NCBI RefSeq assembly: GCF_964237155.1
Contig: NZ_CAXSHH010000001.1
Coordinates: forward strand, 45,891 to 109,890
Reading direction: 5' to 3'
Length of the DNA stretch: 64,000 nucleotides
Source: an uncultured Sphingomonas sp.
Lineage (GTDB): Bacteria > Pseudomonadota > Alphaproteobacteria > Sphingomonadales > Sphingomonadaceae
Shown here: positions 44,374 through 55,317 of the stretch, piece by piece
Numbering within the stretch: position 1 is the first letter of the stretch
How the letters are laid out: each line of letters opens with the position of its first letter
Position numbers and translations under genes: made by a program
The notes under the pieces: generated by a model
What the model saw: the letters and a program-made list of their open reading frames with translations, nothing else
Databases searched by the model: none
Told to the model about the DNA's origin: nothing

Positions 44374-44458
44374 GCGGGCGTGGCGGAACTGGTAGACGCG
44401 CTTGGTTTAGGTCCAAGTATCGCAAGATGTGGGGGTTCGAGTCCCTTCGCCCGCACCA
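44374..44458 (+). tRNA. tRNA-Leu (anticodon TAG)
   Basis: Acceptor stem GCGGGCG/CGCCCGC. Anticodon arm CTTGG-TTTAGGT-CCAAG. Long variable arm (TATCGCAAGATGT). T-loop TTCGAGT. Encoded CCA. Confidence 0.93.
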
Positions 44459-44530
44459 GTCCCGCCCTGCGCGAGCGGCCGGGCCCCAAGAACGCTCCAG
44501 AACACCCCAGATGACACCGGAAGGCGCGAG

Positions 44531-46186
44531 ATGCAGACTGTCGAGACGTTGAACGAGGGCCTCCGCCGCGCCTATCGCCTGACCATCACCGCCGGCGACA
44601 TCGAGTCCCGTGTCGACGCCGAGTTGAAGCGCATGGCGCCGCAGATGAAGATGCCCGGCTTTCGCCCCGGCAAGGTCCCCGCCAACCTAGTGCGCAAGAT
44701 GCACGGCCCCGCGCTTATGCAGGACGCGCTGCAGGGATCGATCCAGCAGGGCGTCCAATCGCTCCTCGCGGACAAGCAGTTGCGCCCGGCGATGCAACCG
44801 TCGGTCGAGTTGGCGGAGGGGTTCGCGCCCGGCGGCGACGCGGAGGTGGTCGTCTCACTGGAGGTGCTGCCGCAGGTGCCCGCGCCCGCGATCGACGGGC
44901 TGAAGCTCGAGCGGCTGACGGTCGCGGTGCCCGACGAGGCTATCGACGCGCAGCTGCACAAATTCGCCGAGGGCCAGAAGAAGTGGGACGACGCCGGCGA
45001 CAAGGCGGCGGAGCAGGGCGACCTCGTCACCGTCGATTTCATTGGCAAGACGGCGGACGGCGTCGCGTTCGAGGGCGGCACGGGGACCGACATGGGCGTC
45101 GAGATCGGCGCGGGTCGGCTGATCCCCGGCTTCGAGGACCAAGTCGTCGGCGCGGTCGCGGGCGAGGAGCGGCGGATCGACGTGACGTTCCCGGCCGATT
45201 ATCAGGCCAAGGAGCTGGCGGGCAAGGAGGCTACCTTCGATCTGGTGGTCAAGTCGGTGAAGGTCGCGGGCGAGAGCGCGATCGACGAGGAGCTCGCCAA
45301 GAATCTGGGTCTGGAAAGCCTGGAGCAGCTGCGCGGGCTGGTGCGGGGCCAAGTCGAGCAGGAGCATAACGGCCTGACGCGAACCCACATGAAGCGCAAG
45401 TTGCTCGACCAACTCGCCGAGGGTCACGATTTCGAGGTGCCGCCGTCGATGGTGGAGGCCGAGTTCGACCAGATCTGGCGTCAGCTGGAGCACGAGACGA
45501 CGCACGAGGCCGACCCGGAAGCCGCGCGCGCGGAGATGGAGTCCGAGCGCGACGATTACCGCCGCATCGCCGAGCGCCGCGTGCGGCTGGGGCTGCTGTT
45601 GTCCGAGATCGGCCAGGCGAACGGCGTTGAGATCACGAGCCAAGAGATGAACCGGCTGGTCGCGCAGGCTGCTCAGCAATACGGCCCGGAACAGCGTCAG
45701 CAGTTCATCAAGTATATTCAGCAGGAACCGATGGCGGCCGCGCAGCTCCGTGCGCCCTTGTACGAGGACAAGGTCGTCGATTTCCTGTTCGAGCGCGCCG
45801 AGATCACCGACCGCGAGGCGACGCGCGAGGAGTTGGAGGCGGCGATCGAGAGCGAGGACGGCTTCGCGACGGGTACGCACGTCCACCATCACGACGACGA
45901 TCACGGGCATGACCACGCGCATGATCAGGTCGGCGGCGAGGATCACGGGGCCGAGATCGTGAGCGCCTACGAGGAAGCGACGCCAGTCGTAACCGAGCAG
46001 CCCGCGGCCGCCCCGGCCAAAAATCCTCGCGCGAAGAAGGGCGCGCCGCTCTCGGCCGAGACGCAGGTCCTGGAGTCGAGCCCGGTCGCGGCCGAAGCCG
46101 CCGAGGGTGCCACAGCCGAGGACGATGTCGCGCCCGCCGCAAAGAAGCCGCGTGCGCCGCGCAAGCCGAAGGTCGCGGAAGCTTAA
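44531..46186 (+). CDS. tig: Trigger factor with a roughly 100-aa His-rich / Lys-rich C-terminal extension
   Basis: Ribosome-binding N-terminus with the GFRPGKVP signature, an FKBP-type PPIase middle (DFIGKTADGVAFEGGTG) and a C-terminal arm domain. The ATG at 44531 lies inside track ORF 44429..46186. Confidence 0.95.
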   Translation: MQTVETLNEGLRRAYRLTITAGDIESRVDAELKRMAPQMKMPGFRPGKVPANLVRKMHGPALMQDALQGSIQQGVQSLLADKQLRPAMQPSVELAEGFAPGGDAEVVVSLEVLPQVPAPAIDGLKLERLTVAVPDEAIDAQLHKFAEGQKKWDDAGDKAAEQGDLVTVDFIGKTADGVAFEGGTGTDMGVEIGAGRLIPGFEDQVVGAVAGEERRIDVTFPADYQAKELAGKEATFDLVVKSVKVAGESAIDEELAKNLGLESLEQLRGLVRGQVEQEHNGLTRTHMKRKLLDQLAEGHDFEVPPSMVEAEFDQIWRQLEHETTHEADPEAARAEMESERDDYRRIAERRVRLGLLLSEIGQANGVEITSQEMNRLVAQAAQQYGPEQRQQFIKYIQQEPMAAAQLRAPLYEDKVVDFLFERAEITDREATREELEAAIESEDGFATGTHVHHHDDDHGHDHAHDQVGGEDHGAEIVSAYEEATPVVTEQPAAAPAKNPRAKKGAPLSAETQVLESSPVAAEAAEGATAEDDVAPAAKKPRAPRKPKVAEA

Positions 46187-46193
46187 GCTCTCT

Positions 46194-46291
46194 CCGTCAT
46201 GCCGGGCTTGTTCCGGCATCCATCGTTGAGCGTACTCGGCCAGGCGCGGGTTCGAACCGCGATGGACCCCGGAACAAGTCCGGGGTGACGG
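46194..46291. repeat. Repeat family A, copy A3 (variant with a T-arm-like central hairpin)
   Basis: CCGTCATGCCGGGCTTGTTCCGGCATCC ... GCGCGGGTTCGAACCGCG ... GGACCCCGGAACAAGTCCGGGGTGACGG. It lies between the tig stop and the glycosyltransferase start. Confidence 0.75.
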
Positions 46292-46301
46292 AGAAGGGTG
46301 A

Positions 46302-47240
46302 GTGGCAGTGACCGAACCGCGCATCGCCGTGCTGCTGCCCTGCTATAACGAGGAGGCGGTGATCGCGCGGACGATCGCCGGCTTTCGCACCGCGCTGCCG
46401 GGCGCGACGGTGTACGTGTACGACAACAACAGCCGCGATCGGACGATCCAGGTCGCGCGCGCGGCGGGTGCGGTCGTCCGCTCCGAGCGCATCCAGGGCA
46501 AGGGCGCCGTGGTCAGGCGGATGTTCGCCGACATCGACGCCGACGTGTACGTCATGGCCGACGGCGATGCGACCTACGACGCCGCCTCCGCGTCCAAATT
46601 GGTCGACAGCCTGATTGACGAACAACTCGACATGATCGTCGGCAGCCGGATCGGCGAGGGGGCAGCCGCGTATCGGCGTGGGCACCGGTTCGGGAACGCG
46701 TTGCTGACGGGTATGCTCGCGCGGCTGTTTGGGCGGAGCTTCACCGACATCCTGTCGGGCTACCGCGTCTTCTCGCGTCGGTTCGTGAAGAGCTTTCCCT
46801 CGCTATCGGCGGGGTTCGAGATCGAGACGGAAATCAGCGTCCACGCGCTCGAGCTGAAGATGCCGTGCGCCGAGATCGAGACGCCGTACTTCGCGCGGCC
46901 GGAGGGCTCCGAGTCGAAACTCAGCACCTATCGCGACGGCTGGCGCATATTGTCGACAATCGCGACGCTGTACCGCATCGAGCGGCCGCTATGGTTCTTC
47001 GGCACTCTCGCCGTGCTGTTGATGGCGGTAGCGGTCGCGCTCGCGGTCCCGCTCGGGATCACCTATGCCGAGACCGGGCTCGTGCCGCGCTTCCCGACCG
47101 CGATCGGGGTGACGGGGCTCATCATCCTCGCCGCGCTCAACCTGTTCGCGGGGCTGATTCTCGACACGGTGGTGCGCGGTCGGCGCGAGGTGCGGCGGCT
47201 CGCATACCTGACCTATCCAGCGCCCGGTCGCGGGGCTTGA
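46302..47240 (+). CDS. Family 2 glycosyltransferase, polyprenyl-phosphate glycosyltransferase type (GtrB/ArnC/DPM1-like)
   Basis: [12 protein letters not shown]-terminus, YDNNSRDRT, a DGD (DxD) motif in MADGDATYD, and two C-terminal TM helices. 312 aa. GTG start. Confidence 0.82.
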   Translation: MAVTEPRIAVLLPCYNEEAVIARTIAGFRTALPGATVYVYDNNSRDRTIQVARAAGAVVRSERIQGKGAVVRRMFADIDADVYVMADGDATYDAASASKLVDSLIDEQLDMIVGSRIGEGAAAYRRGHRFGNALLTGMLARLFGRSFTDILSGYRVFSRRFVKSFPSLSAGFEIETEISVHALELKMPCAEIETPYFARPEGSESKLSTYRDGWRILSTIATLYRIERPLWFFGTLAVLLMAVAVALAVPLGITYAETGLVPRFPTAIGVTGLIILAALNLFAGLILDTVVRGRREVRRLAYLTYPAPGRGA

Positions 47241-47296
47241 ACTCCCTCGCGGCCCGCGCGATGTATGTGTTCGTCCCGACATCAGAGAGTCTCCAC

Positions 47297-47986
47297 ATGC
47301 ATAATCCGTTCGAGTCCGGCGATTTCGCGAGCCCGTTGGCGTCCGCCGGCGTCGGCTTGGCGCAGACCCAGGCCGGGCTCGTCCCCATCGTCATCGAACA
47401 GTCGAACCGCGGCGAGCGGTCGTTCGACATCTTCTCGCGCCTGCTGCGCGAGCGGATCGTGTTCGTGACGGGCGGCGTGGAGGACGGCATGGCCTCGCTC
47501 ATCACCGCGCAGTTGCTGTTCCTCGAATCGGAGAATCCGAAGAAGGACATCTTCATGTACATCAACTCGCCGGGCGGCGTGGTGACGGCGGGCATGGCGA
47601 TACACGACACCATGCAATATATCCGCCCGCGCGTGGGCACGGTGTGCATCGGCCAAGCCGCGTCGATGGGGTCGTTCCTGCTCGCGTCGGGCGAGAAGGG
47701 AATGCGCGTTGCGCTGACCAATTCGCGCATCATGATCCACCAGCCGTCCGGCGGCGCACAGGGCATGGCGTCCGACATCGAGATCCAGGCGCGCGAAATC
47801 CTGCGTATCCGCGCCCGGATGAACGAGCTCTATTCGCAGTATACCGGCCAGCCAATCGAGGAGATCGAGCGCCGCATGGACCGCGATACGTTCCTGCAGG
47901 CTGACGAGGCCAAGGCGTTCGGCCTGATCGACGAGGTGTTCGACAAGCGTCCGCAGCCGACCGAGGATATGGCCGCGGCGGCCTAG
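47297..47986 (+). CDS. clpP: ATP-dependent Clp protease proteolytic subunit
   Basis: Catalytic Ser GQAASMGS, His in [17 protein letters not shown]. The ATG at 47297 lies inside track ORF 46865..47986. Confidence 0.97.
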   Translation: MHNPFESGDFASPLASAGVGLAQTQAGLVPIVIEQSNRGERSFDIFSRLLRERIVFVTGGVEDGMASLITAQLLFLESENPKKDIFMYINSPGGVVTAGMAIHDTMQYIRPRVGTVCIGQAASMGSFLLASGEKGMRVALTNSRIMIHQPSGGAQGMASDIEIQAREILRIRARMNELYSQYTGQPIEEIERRMDRDTFLQADEAKAFGLIDEVFDKRPQPTEDMAAAA

Positions 47987-48099
47987 GCGGAGAGTTTACC
48001 GCCGCTTGGGCGTATTTCGTTTGTGTGTCGGGGGAGCGGCGTTACATTGCCGTTCCCGATAGCGAAGCGCGTGTTTCCGAGCGCGCCAGAGGTGATTCA

Positions 48100-49365
<1,266 letters not shown>

Positions 49366-49481
49366 GGGATCGCCGCCGTGCGCCGGTCAGGGCGGGCGTG
49401 ACGTAGGTCGTGTCCGCCCTTTTGGCGTGCGGGACCGGGTACACGGGCGGAACCGCCGCGAGCGCCGCGCGTCCACCAGCG

Positions 49482-49691
49482 GTGATCGTTCGTCTCCTCC
49501 TCGCCTCCGCGATGCTCCTTACCTCCGACTCCGCCTGGGCTTGCACGCTTTGCCATGGCGACACGGCCGAGCAGGTTCGTGCGACGCTGTTCGGGCCGGA
49601 CTTGCTGCTCAACGCCACGTTCGCGCTCGCGCCGGTGCCGGTCTTGTTCGCCGCGATCTGGCTGGTGCCCGAAGCGCGCCGTGATCGCTGA
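49482..49691 (+). CDS. Candidate small membrane protein with CXXCH motif (about 69 aa)
   Basis: VIVRLLLASAMLLTSDSAWA-CTLCH-GDTAEQVRATLFGPD-LLLNATFALAPVPVLFAAIWLVP-EARRDR. That is a signal/TM segment, a short loop with a CXXCH heme-c-type motif, and a second TM. The track ORF starts at 49410, so the start is uncertain. The end overlaps the DUF2243 start by 11 nt. Confidence 0.4.
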   Translation: MIVRLLLASAMLLTSDSAWACTLCHGDTAEQVRATLFGPDLLLNATFALAPVPVLFAAIWLVPEARRDR

Positions 49692-50139
49692 CGCGCGCCG
49701 CGCGGTGGTGCGCGCCGGGGTGGCGATCGGCATCGGGATGGGCGGCTTCGTGGACGGCATTCTGTTCCATCAAATCCTGCAGATCCACAACATGCTCTCC
49801 GCGCGCATCCCGCCCGACACGCTCGTCGGGGCGAAGGTGAACATGGTGTGGGACGGCGTCTTCCACGCCTTCGTCTGGGGCGTGACCGCGCTCGGCGTCG
49901 CGTTGCTCTGGCGCGCGCGGGGCGGGAGCGCGCGGGTGCCCGGCCGCATGTTCGGCGGCGCGTTGTTGCTCGGCTGGGGGTCGTTCAACTTAATCGAAGG
50001 CGTGATCGACCACCACCTGCTCGCGCTGCATCACGTCGTCGAGCGGCTAGGGCCGTCGGTGTGGGACTGGGTGTTCCTGGTCTCGGGCGTTGCCCTTGCC
50101 GCGACCGGGTGGATGCTGACGCGCCAAATCGACAGTTAG
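49681..50139 (+). CDS. DUF2243-like integral membrane protein
   Basis: 152 aa with four hydrophobic segments. His-rich motifs GGFVDGILFHQILQIHNMLS and IEGVIDHHLLALHHV as I remember them for DUF2243. The GTG at 49681 lies inside track ORF 49555..50139. Confidence 0.62.
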   Translation: MIADARRAVVRAGVAIGIGMGGFVDGILFHQILQIHNMLSARIPPDTLVGAKVNMVWDGVFHAFVWGVTALGVALLWRARGGSARVPGRMFGGALLLGWGSFNLIEGVIDHHLLALHHVVERLGPSVWDWVFLVSGVALAATGWMLTRQIDS

Positions 50140-51821
50140 CGACGGCTCCGCATCGCTTCGACCGCCTGCAACCGGCGCAGGACGCGGGCGTTCGGGTCGA
50201 CGATGACGTGCGCGCCCGGCGGTACGGCGACCCGGCCCCGACCGCCAGTCATCGCCACCGGCTCTACTCGATCTTCGATCTGCACCTCGATCGGCATCGG
50301 AAACGCGCCGCCACCGGGCAATCGCCACTCAAGCAGCAGCGTCGCGCCCTCGCGTCGTTGCACCAACTCGGGCAACTTGGCCGCGCGTAGATAAGCGTCG
50401 AAGAACCACCGGTAATCGCGCCCCGTCGCGTCGCGGACATATCCCTCGAACTCGCGCGTGGTGCCGAAGCGCGGGCGGAAGTTGCCCGGCTTCGGATCGG
50501 GGCGGCCATAGACCAGCCGCCGGGTCGCCTTGAAGAACGCCCTATCGCCGATCAGCCCGCGCAGGGTGTGGAGCATCCACGACGCTTTGAAGTAGATATC
50601 GCTCCCCGGCCCGCCCTTGCTGGTCTCGTACACTTCCTCGGAAGTGCGGACGCGACCGCTGACGATCGGCGCGTCGTTCAGGATACGCTGACGCTGGATA
50701 TCCATCATCGCGGCGTAGCGCGCCTCGCCCTCGCGCCAGCGGCCGTAGAGCGGCTGCATGTAGGTCGCGAAGCCCTCATGCAGCCAGAAATCGTCCCAGT
50801 CGGCGGCGGTGAGCTGGTTGGCGAACCATTCGTGGGCGAGTTCGTGGTGGAACAACCAGTCGAAACCCTCGACCGCTTTCTTGTAGTCGTTCCCGTAAGC
50901 GTTGATCGTTTGATGCTCCATGCCGAGATGCGGTGTCTCGACGACGCCCAGCTTTTCGTCCGCGAAGGGATAGGGGCCGATCACCGTCTCGAAGAAGTCG
51001 AGCGTCGGCGCGAACTCGGCGAACAGGCCTTCGGCCTGCGCCCGCTTGGCCGGGAGATGCCAGAAGTGAAGCGGAACGGTGTTCCCGTAACGGCTGCGGT
51101 AAGGGGCGCTCAGTTCCTGATACGGACCGATATTAAGCGCGATGCCGTAGGTGTTGGGATTCCTGACTCGCCAGTTCCAACGGGTCCGCCCGTCCGATAA
51201 CTTATCCACTCCGAGCAGCTTGCCGTTTGACGGGACCGAAAGCCCGGCGGGCACGGTCAGGTGGAGCGTGACGACCAACGGCTCGGCGGTCGGGTAGTCG
51301 AGGCAGGGCCAGAACAGGTCGCAGCCGTACCCTTGCGTGGTGGTCGCGAACCAGGTCTCGCCCTTGGGCGTCGTCGACCAGACCACGCCGTCGTCCCACG
51401 GCGCGCGAACCGCGACGTGCGGCGTGCCGCCATAGATGATCCGGGTGGTGAAGGCGCGCCCCGCCGCGACCGGGCGGGGGAGGGTTACCCGCAGCTGTCC
51501 GTCCGGGTTCGACCAGCCGCCGGGCGCGAGTGCCGCGCCGTCGATCGCAACCGCGCTCACGGGAAGATTGCGATTCAGGTCGATCCGTAGCTCCCGCAAC
51601 TCCGCCCGCGCGGTGAAGCTCAGCGTCGCCACCCCGGCCAGCGCCCTGGTCGCGGGCAGCAGCTCGATCGCGAGGTCGGCCGCGTCGAAGCGCAACTTGG
51701 CCTGTTCGGGATCGACCGCGCCGCCCGACCGCTTGGTCTGCTCGGTCAGCGGCGGCTCGCCCTTCTTCGGTGGGATGTCGGCGGCAAGGAGCGTGAGGGG
51801 GAGCAGGAGCGGCGTCATCAT
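50136..51821 (-). CDS. M1 family metallopeptidase (aminopeptidase N-like), secreted
   Basis: Gluzincin motif HELAHEWF plus downstream WLHEGFATY. GMEHQT (GxMEN-like) exopeptidase motif. Signal peptide from MMTPLLLPLTLLAA (ATG 51821). Confidence 0.88.
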   Translation of the reverse strand: MMTPLLLPLTLLAADIPPKKGEPPLTEQTKRSGGAVDPEQAKLRFDAADLAIELLPATRALAGVATLSFTARAELRELRIDLNRNLPVSAVAIDGAALAPGGWSNPDGQLRVTLPRPVAAGRAFTTRIIYGGTPHVAVRAPWDDGVVWSTTPKGETWFATTTQGYGCDLFWPCLDYPTAEPLVVTLHLTVPAGLSVPSNGKLLGVDKLSDGRTRWNWRVRNPNTYGIALNIGPYQELSAPYRSRYGNTVPLHFWHLPAKRAQAEGLFAEFAPTLDFFETVIGPYPFADEKLGVVETPHLGMEHQTINAYGNDYKKAVEGFDWLFHHELAHEWFANQLTAADWDDFWLHEGFATYMQPLYGRWREGEARYAAMMDIQRQRILNDAPIVSGRVRTSEEVYETSKGGPGSDIYFKASWMLHTLRGLIGDRAFFKATRRLVYGRPDPKPGNFRPRFGTTREFEGYVRDATGRDYRWFFDAYLRAAKLPELVQRREGATLLLEWRLPGGGAFPMPIEVQIEDRVEPVAMTGGRGRVAVPPGAHVIVDPNARVLRRLQAVEAMRSRR

Positions 51822-51859
51822 CCATCTGTCGCATAGCCGGACGACCGGCGGAACACGCG

Positions 51860-51890
51860 ATTGATGACGGTCCCGAGACGTCCCATATGT
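51860..51890 (+). promoter_or_regulatory. Candidate RpoH (sigma32)-type heat-shock promoter upstream of lon
   Basis: ATTGATG-N15-CCCATATGT compared with the sigma32 consensus CTTGAAA-N13-17-CCCCATNT. It lies 39-69 nt upstream of the lon ATG. Confidence 0.4.
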
Positions 51891-51928
51891 CAAGGGCAAG
51901 GGTGCCGTACGGCCCCGTCGGAGTGTTC

Positions 51929-54355
<2,427 letters not shown>

Positions 54356-54375
54356 GGCACACCAAAGCCGCGACT

Positions 54376-54411
54376 CGCCGCCGTTCACCCCGAACGGCGG
54401 CGGTTTCGTTT
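54376..54411 (+). terminator. Rho-independent terminator after lon
   Basis: 11-bp perfect stem CGCCGCCGTTC/GAACGGCGGCG with a 5-nt loop, followed by GTTTCGTTT. Confidence 0.65.
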
Positions 54412-54501
54412 GACACCATGGGGAGCCCCCGGCTTATTGACCCCTCGCGGCCGGGAATGCGACCCTCGATCGCAATCAATTTCGCAGGGGATTTTCGGGG
54501 T

Positions 54502-54774
54502 ATGAACAAGCAGGAATTGATCGCGACCGTGGCCGATACGTCGGGGTTGACGAAGGGTGACGCGGTAAAGGCGGTCGAATCGGTGTTCGACGCGATCTCG
54601 GGCGCGCTCAAGAAAGGCGACGAAGTGCGGTTGGTCGGTTTCGGCACCTTCACCGTTTCCAAGCGCAAGGCGTCCACCGGGCGCAACCCGCGCACGGGCG
54701 AACCGATGAGCATTAAGGCGTCGACCCAGCCCAAGTTCAAGGCGGGCAAGGGCCTGAAGGACTCGGTCAACTAG
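54502..54774 (+). CDS. hupB: DNA-binding protein HU-beta
   Basis: 90 aa. MNKQELIATVADTSGLTKGDAVKAVESVFDAI and RNPRTGEPMSIKAS arm motif. Confidence 0.95.
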   Translation: MNKQELIATVADTSGLTKGDAVKAVESVFDAISGALKKGDEVRLVGFGTFTVSKRKASTGRNPRTGEPMSIKASTQPKFKAGKGLKDSVN

Positions 54775-54828
54775 AAGCTGGACAGGCGGGGGGGCCGCGT
54801 TTAGACGCGCCGCTTCCGAACGGGTTTC

Positions 54829-54903
54829 GGGCGCGTAGCTCAGCGGTAGAGCACACCCTTCACACGGGTGGGGTCACAGGTTCAATCCCTGTCGCGCCCA
54901 CCA
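54829..54903 (+). tRNA. tRNA-Val (anticodon CAC)
   Basis: GGGCGCG acceptor stem, D-arm GCTCAGCGGTAGAGC, anticodon arm CACCC-TTCACAC-GGGTG, T-arm ACAGG-TTCAATC-CCTGT, encoded CCA. Confidence 0.95.
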
Positions 54904-54910
54904 AGACAGG

Positions 54911-54942
54911 CCCGCCGGTCGCAAGATCGGCGGGTCGTTTCG
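54911..54942 (+). terminator. Terminator-like hairpin after tRNA-Val
   Basis: CCCGCCGGTC-GCAA-GATCGGCGGG (GNRA-type loop, one wobble) followed by TCGTTTCGT. Confidence 0.55.
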
Positions 54943-55317
54943 TGTCCATTGAATGCGTTATCGCCCCGCCGGTATGCGGCCGGCGGGGCGCGGAACAGGA
55001 CACCCGGGCCGGGCGCGGCGGGGCTCCAACAAATCCAACGCACGGCCGAATCAAAGGATTCGTGGAGGACGGCGAGGAATGGCGCAGCTCATGACGCCGG
55101 CGGCCGAGGTTTGAAGGCCATGCCTGGCGAGCGACCGATCCGCCCTTCCGATCGTTCGCCGTCACACATTCGTAATCGTCCGGTCACATCCAAGACGCCG
55201 AAAGGACCCGGACCCGTCATGCGACTGTCCTAACCGGGCCGCTGAGGTCGGTGGGTAAGCCCATGTCGATCCCGGGCGACCGCCCGTACGCTAACGATCG
55301 ACCGGGGAGTTATTTCA

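Noticed and set aside
44374-44458. tRNA-Leu (and tRNA-Val at 54829) as an integration hotspot with an adjacent island
   Set aside because: No integrase and no repeated tRNA 3' segment occur nearby. The neighbouring genes (tig, clpPX, lon, hupB) are the canonical conserved cluster.
46240-46262. Possible tRNA or tRNA fragment (GGGTTCGAACC)
   Set aside because: Only a T-arm-like hairpin is present. There is no acceptor stem, D-arm, anticodon arm or CCA context, and it is embedded in a family-A repeat.
44855-46324. 489-aa ORF on the minus strand
   Set aside because: It is antisense to tig and has no motifs.
54943-55317. A named riboswitch (cobalamin, TPP or similar) in the receptor operon leader
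   Set aside because: I could not find the B12 box, the TPP CUGAGA/ACCUGA cores or other diagnostic motifs by eye. It is reported only as an unexplained structured leader.
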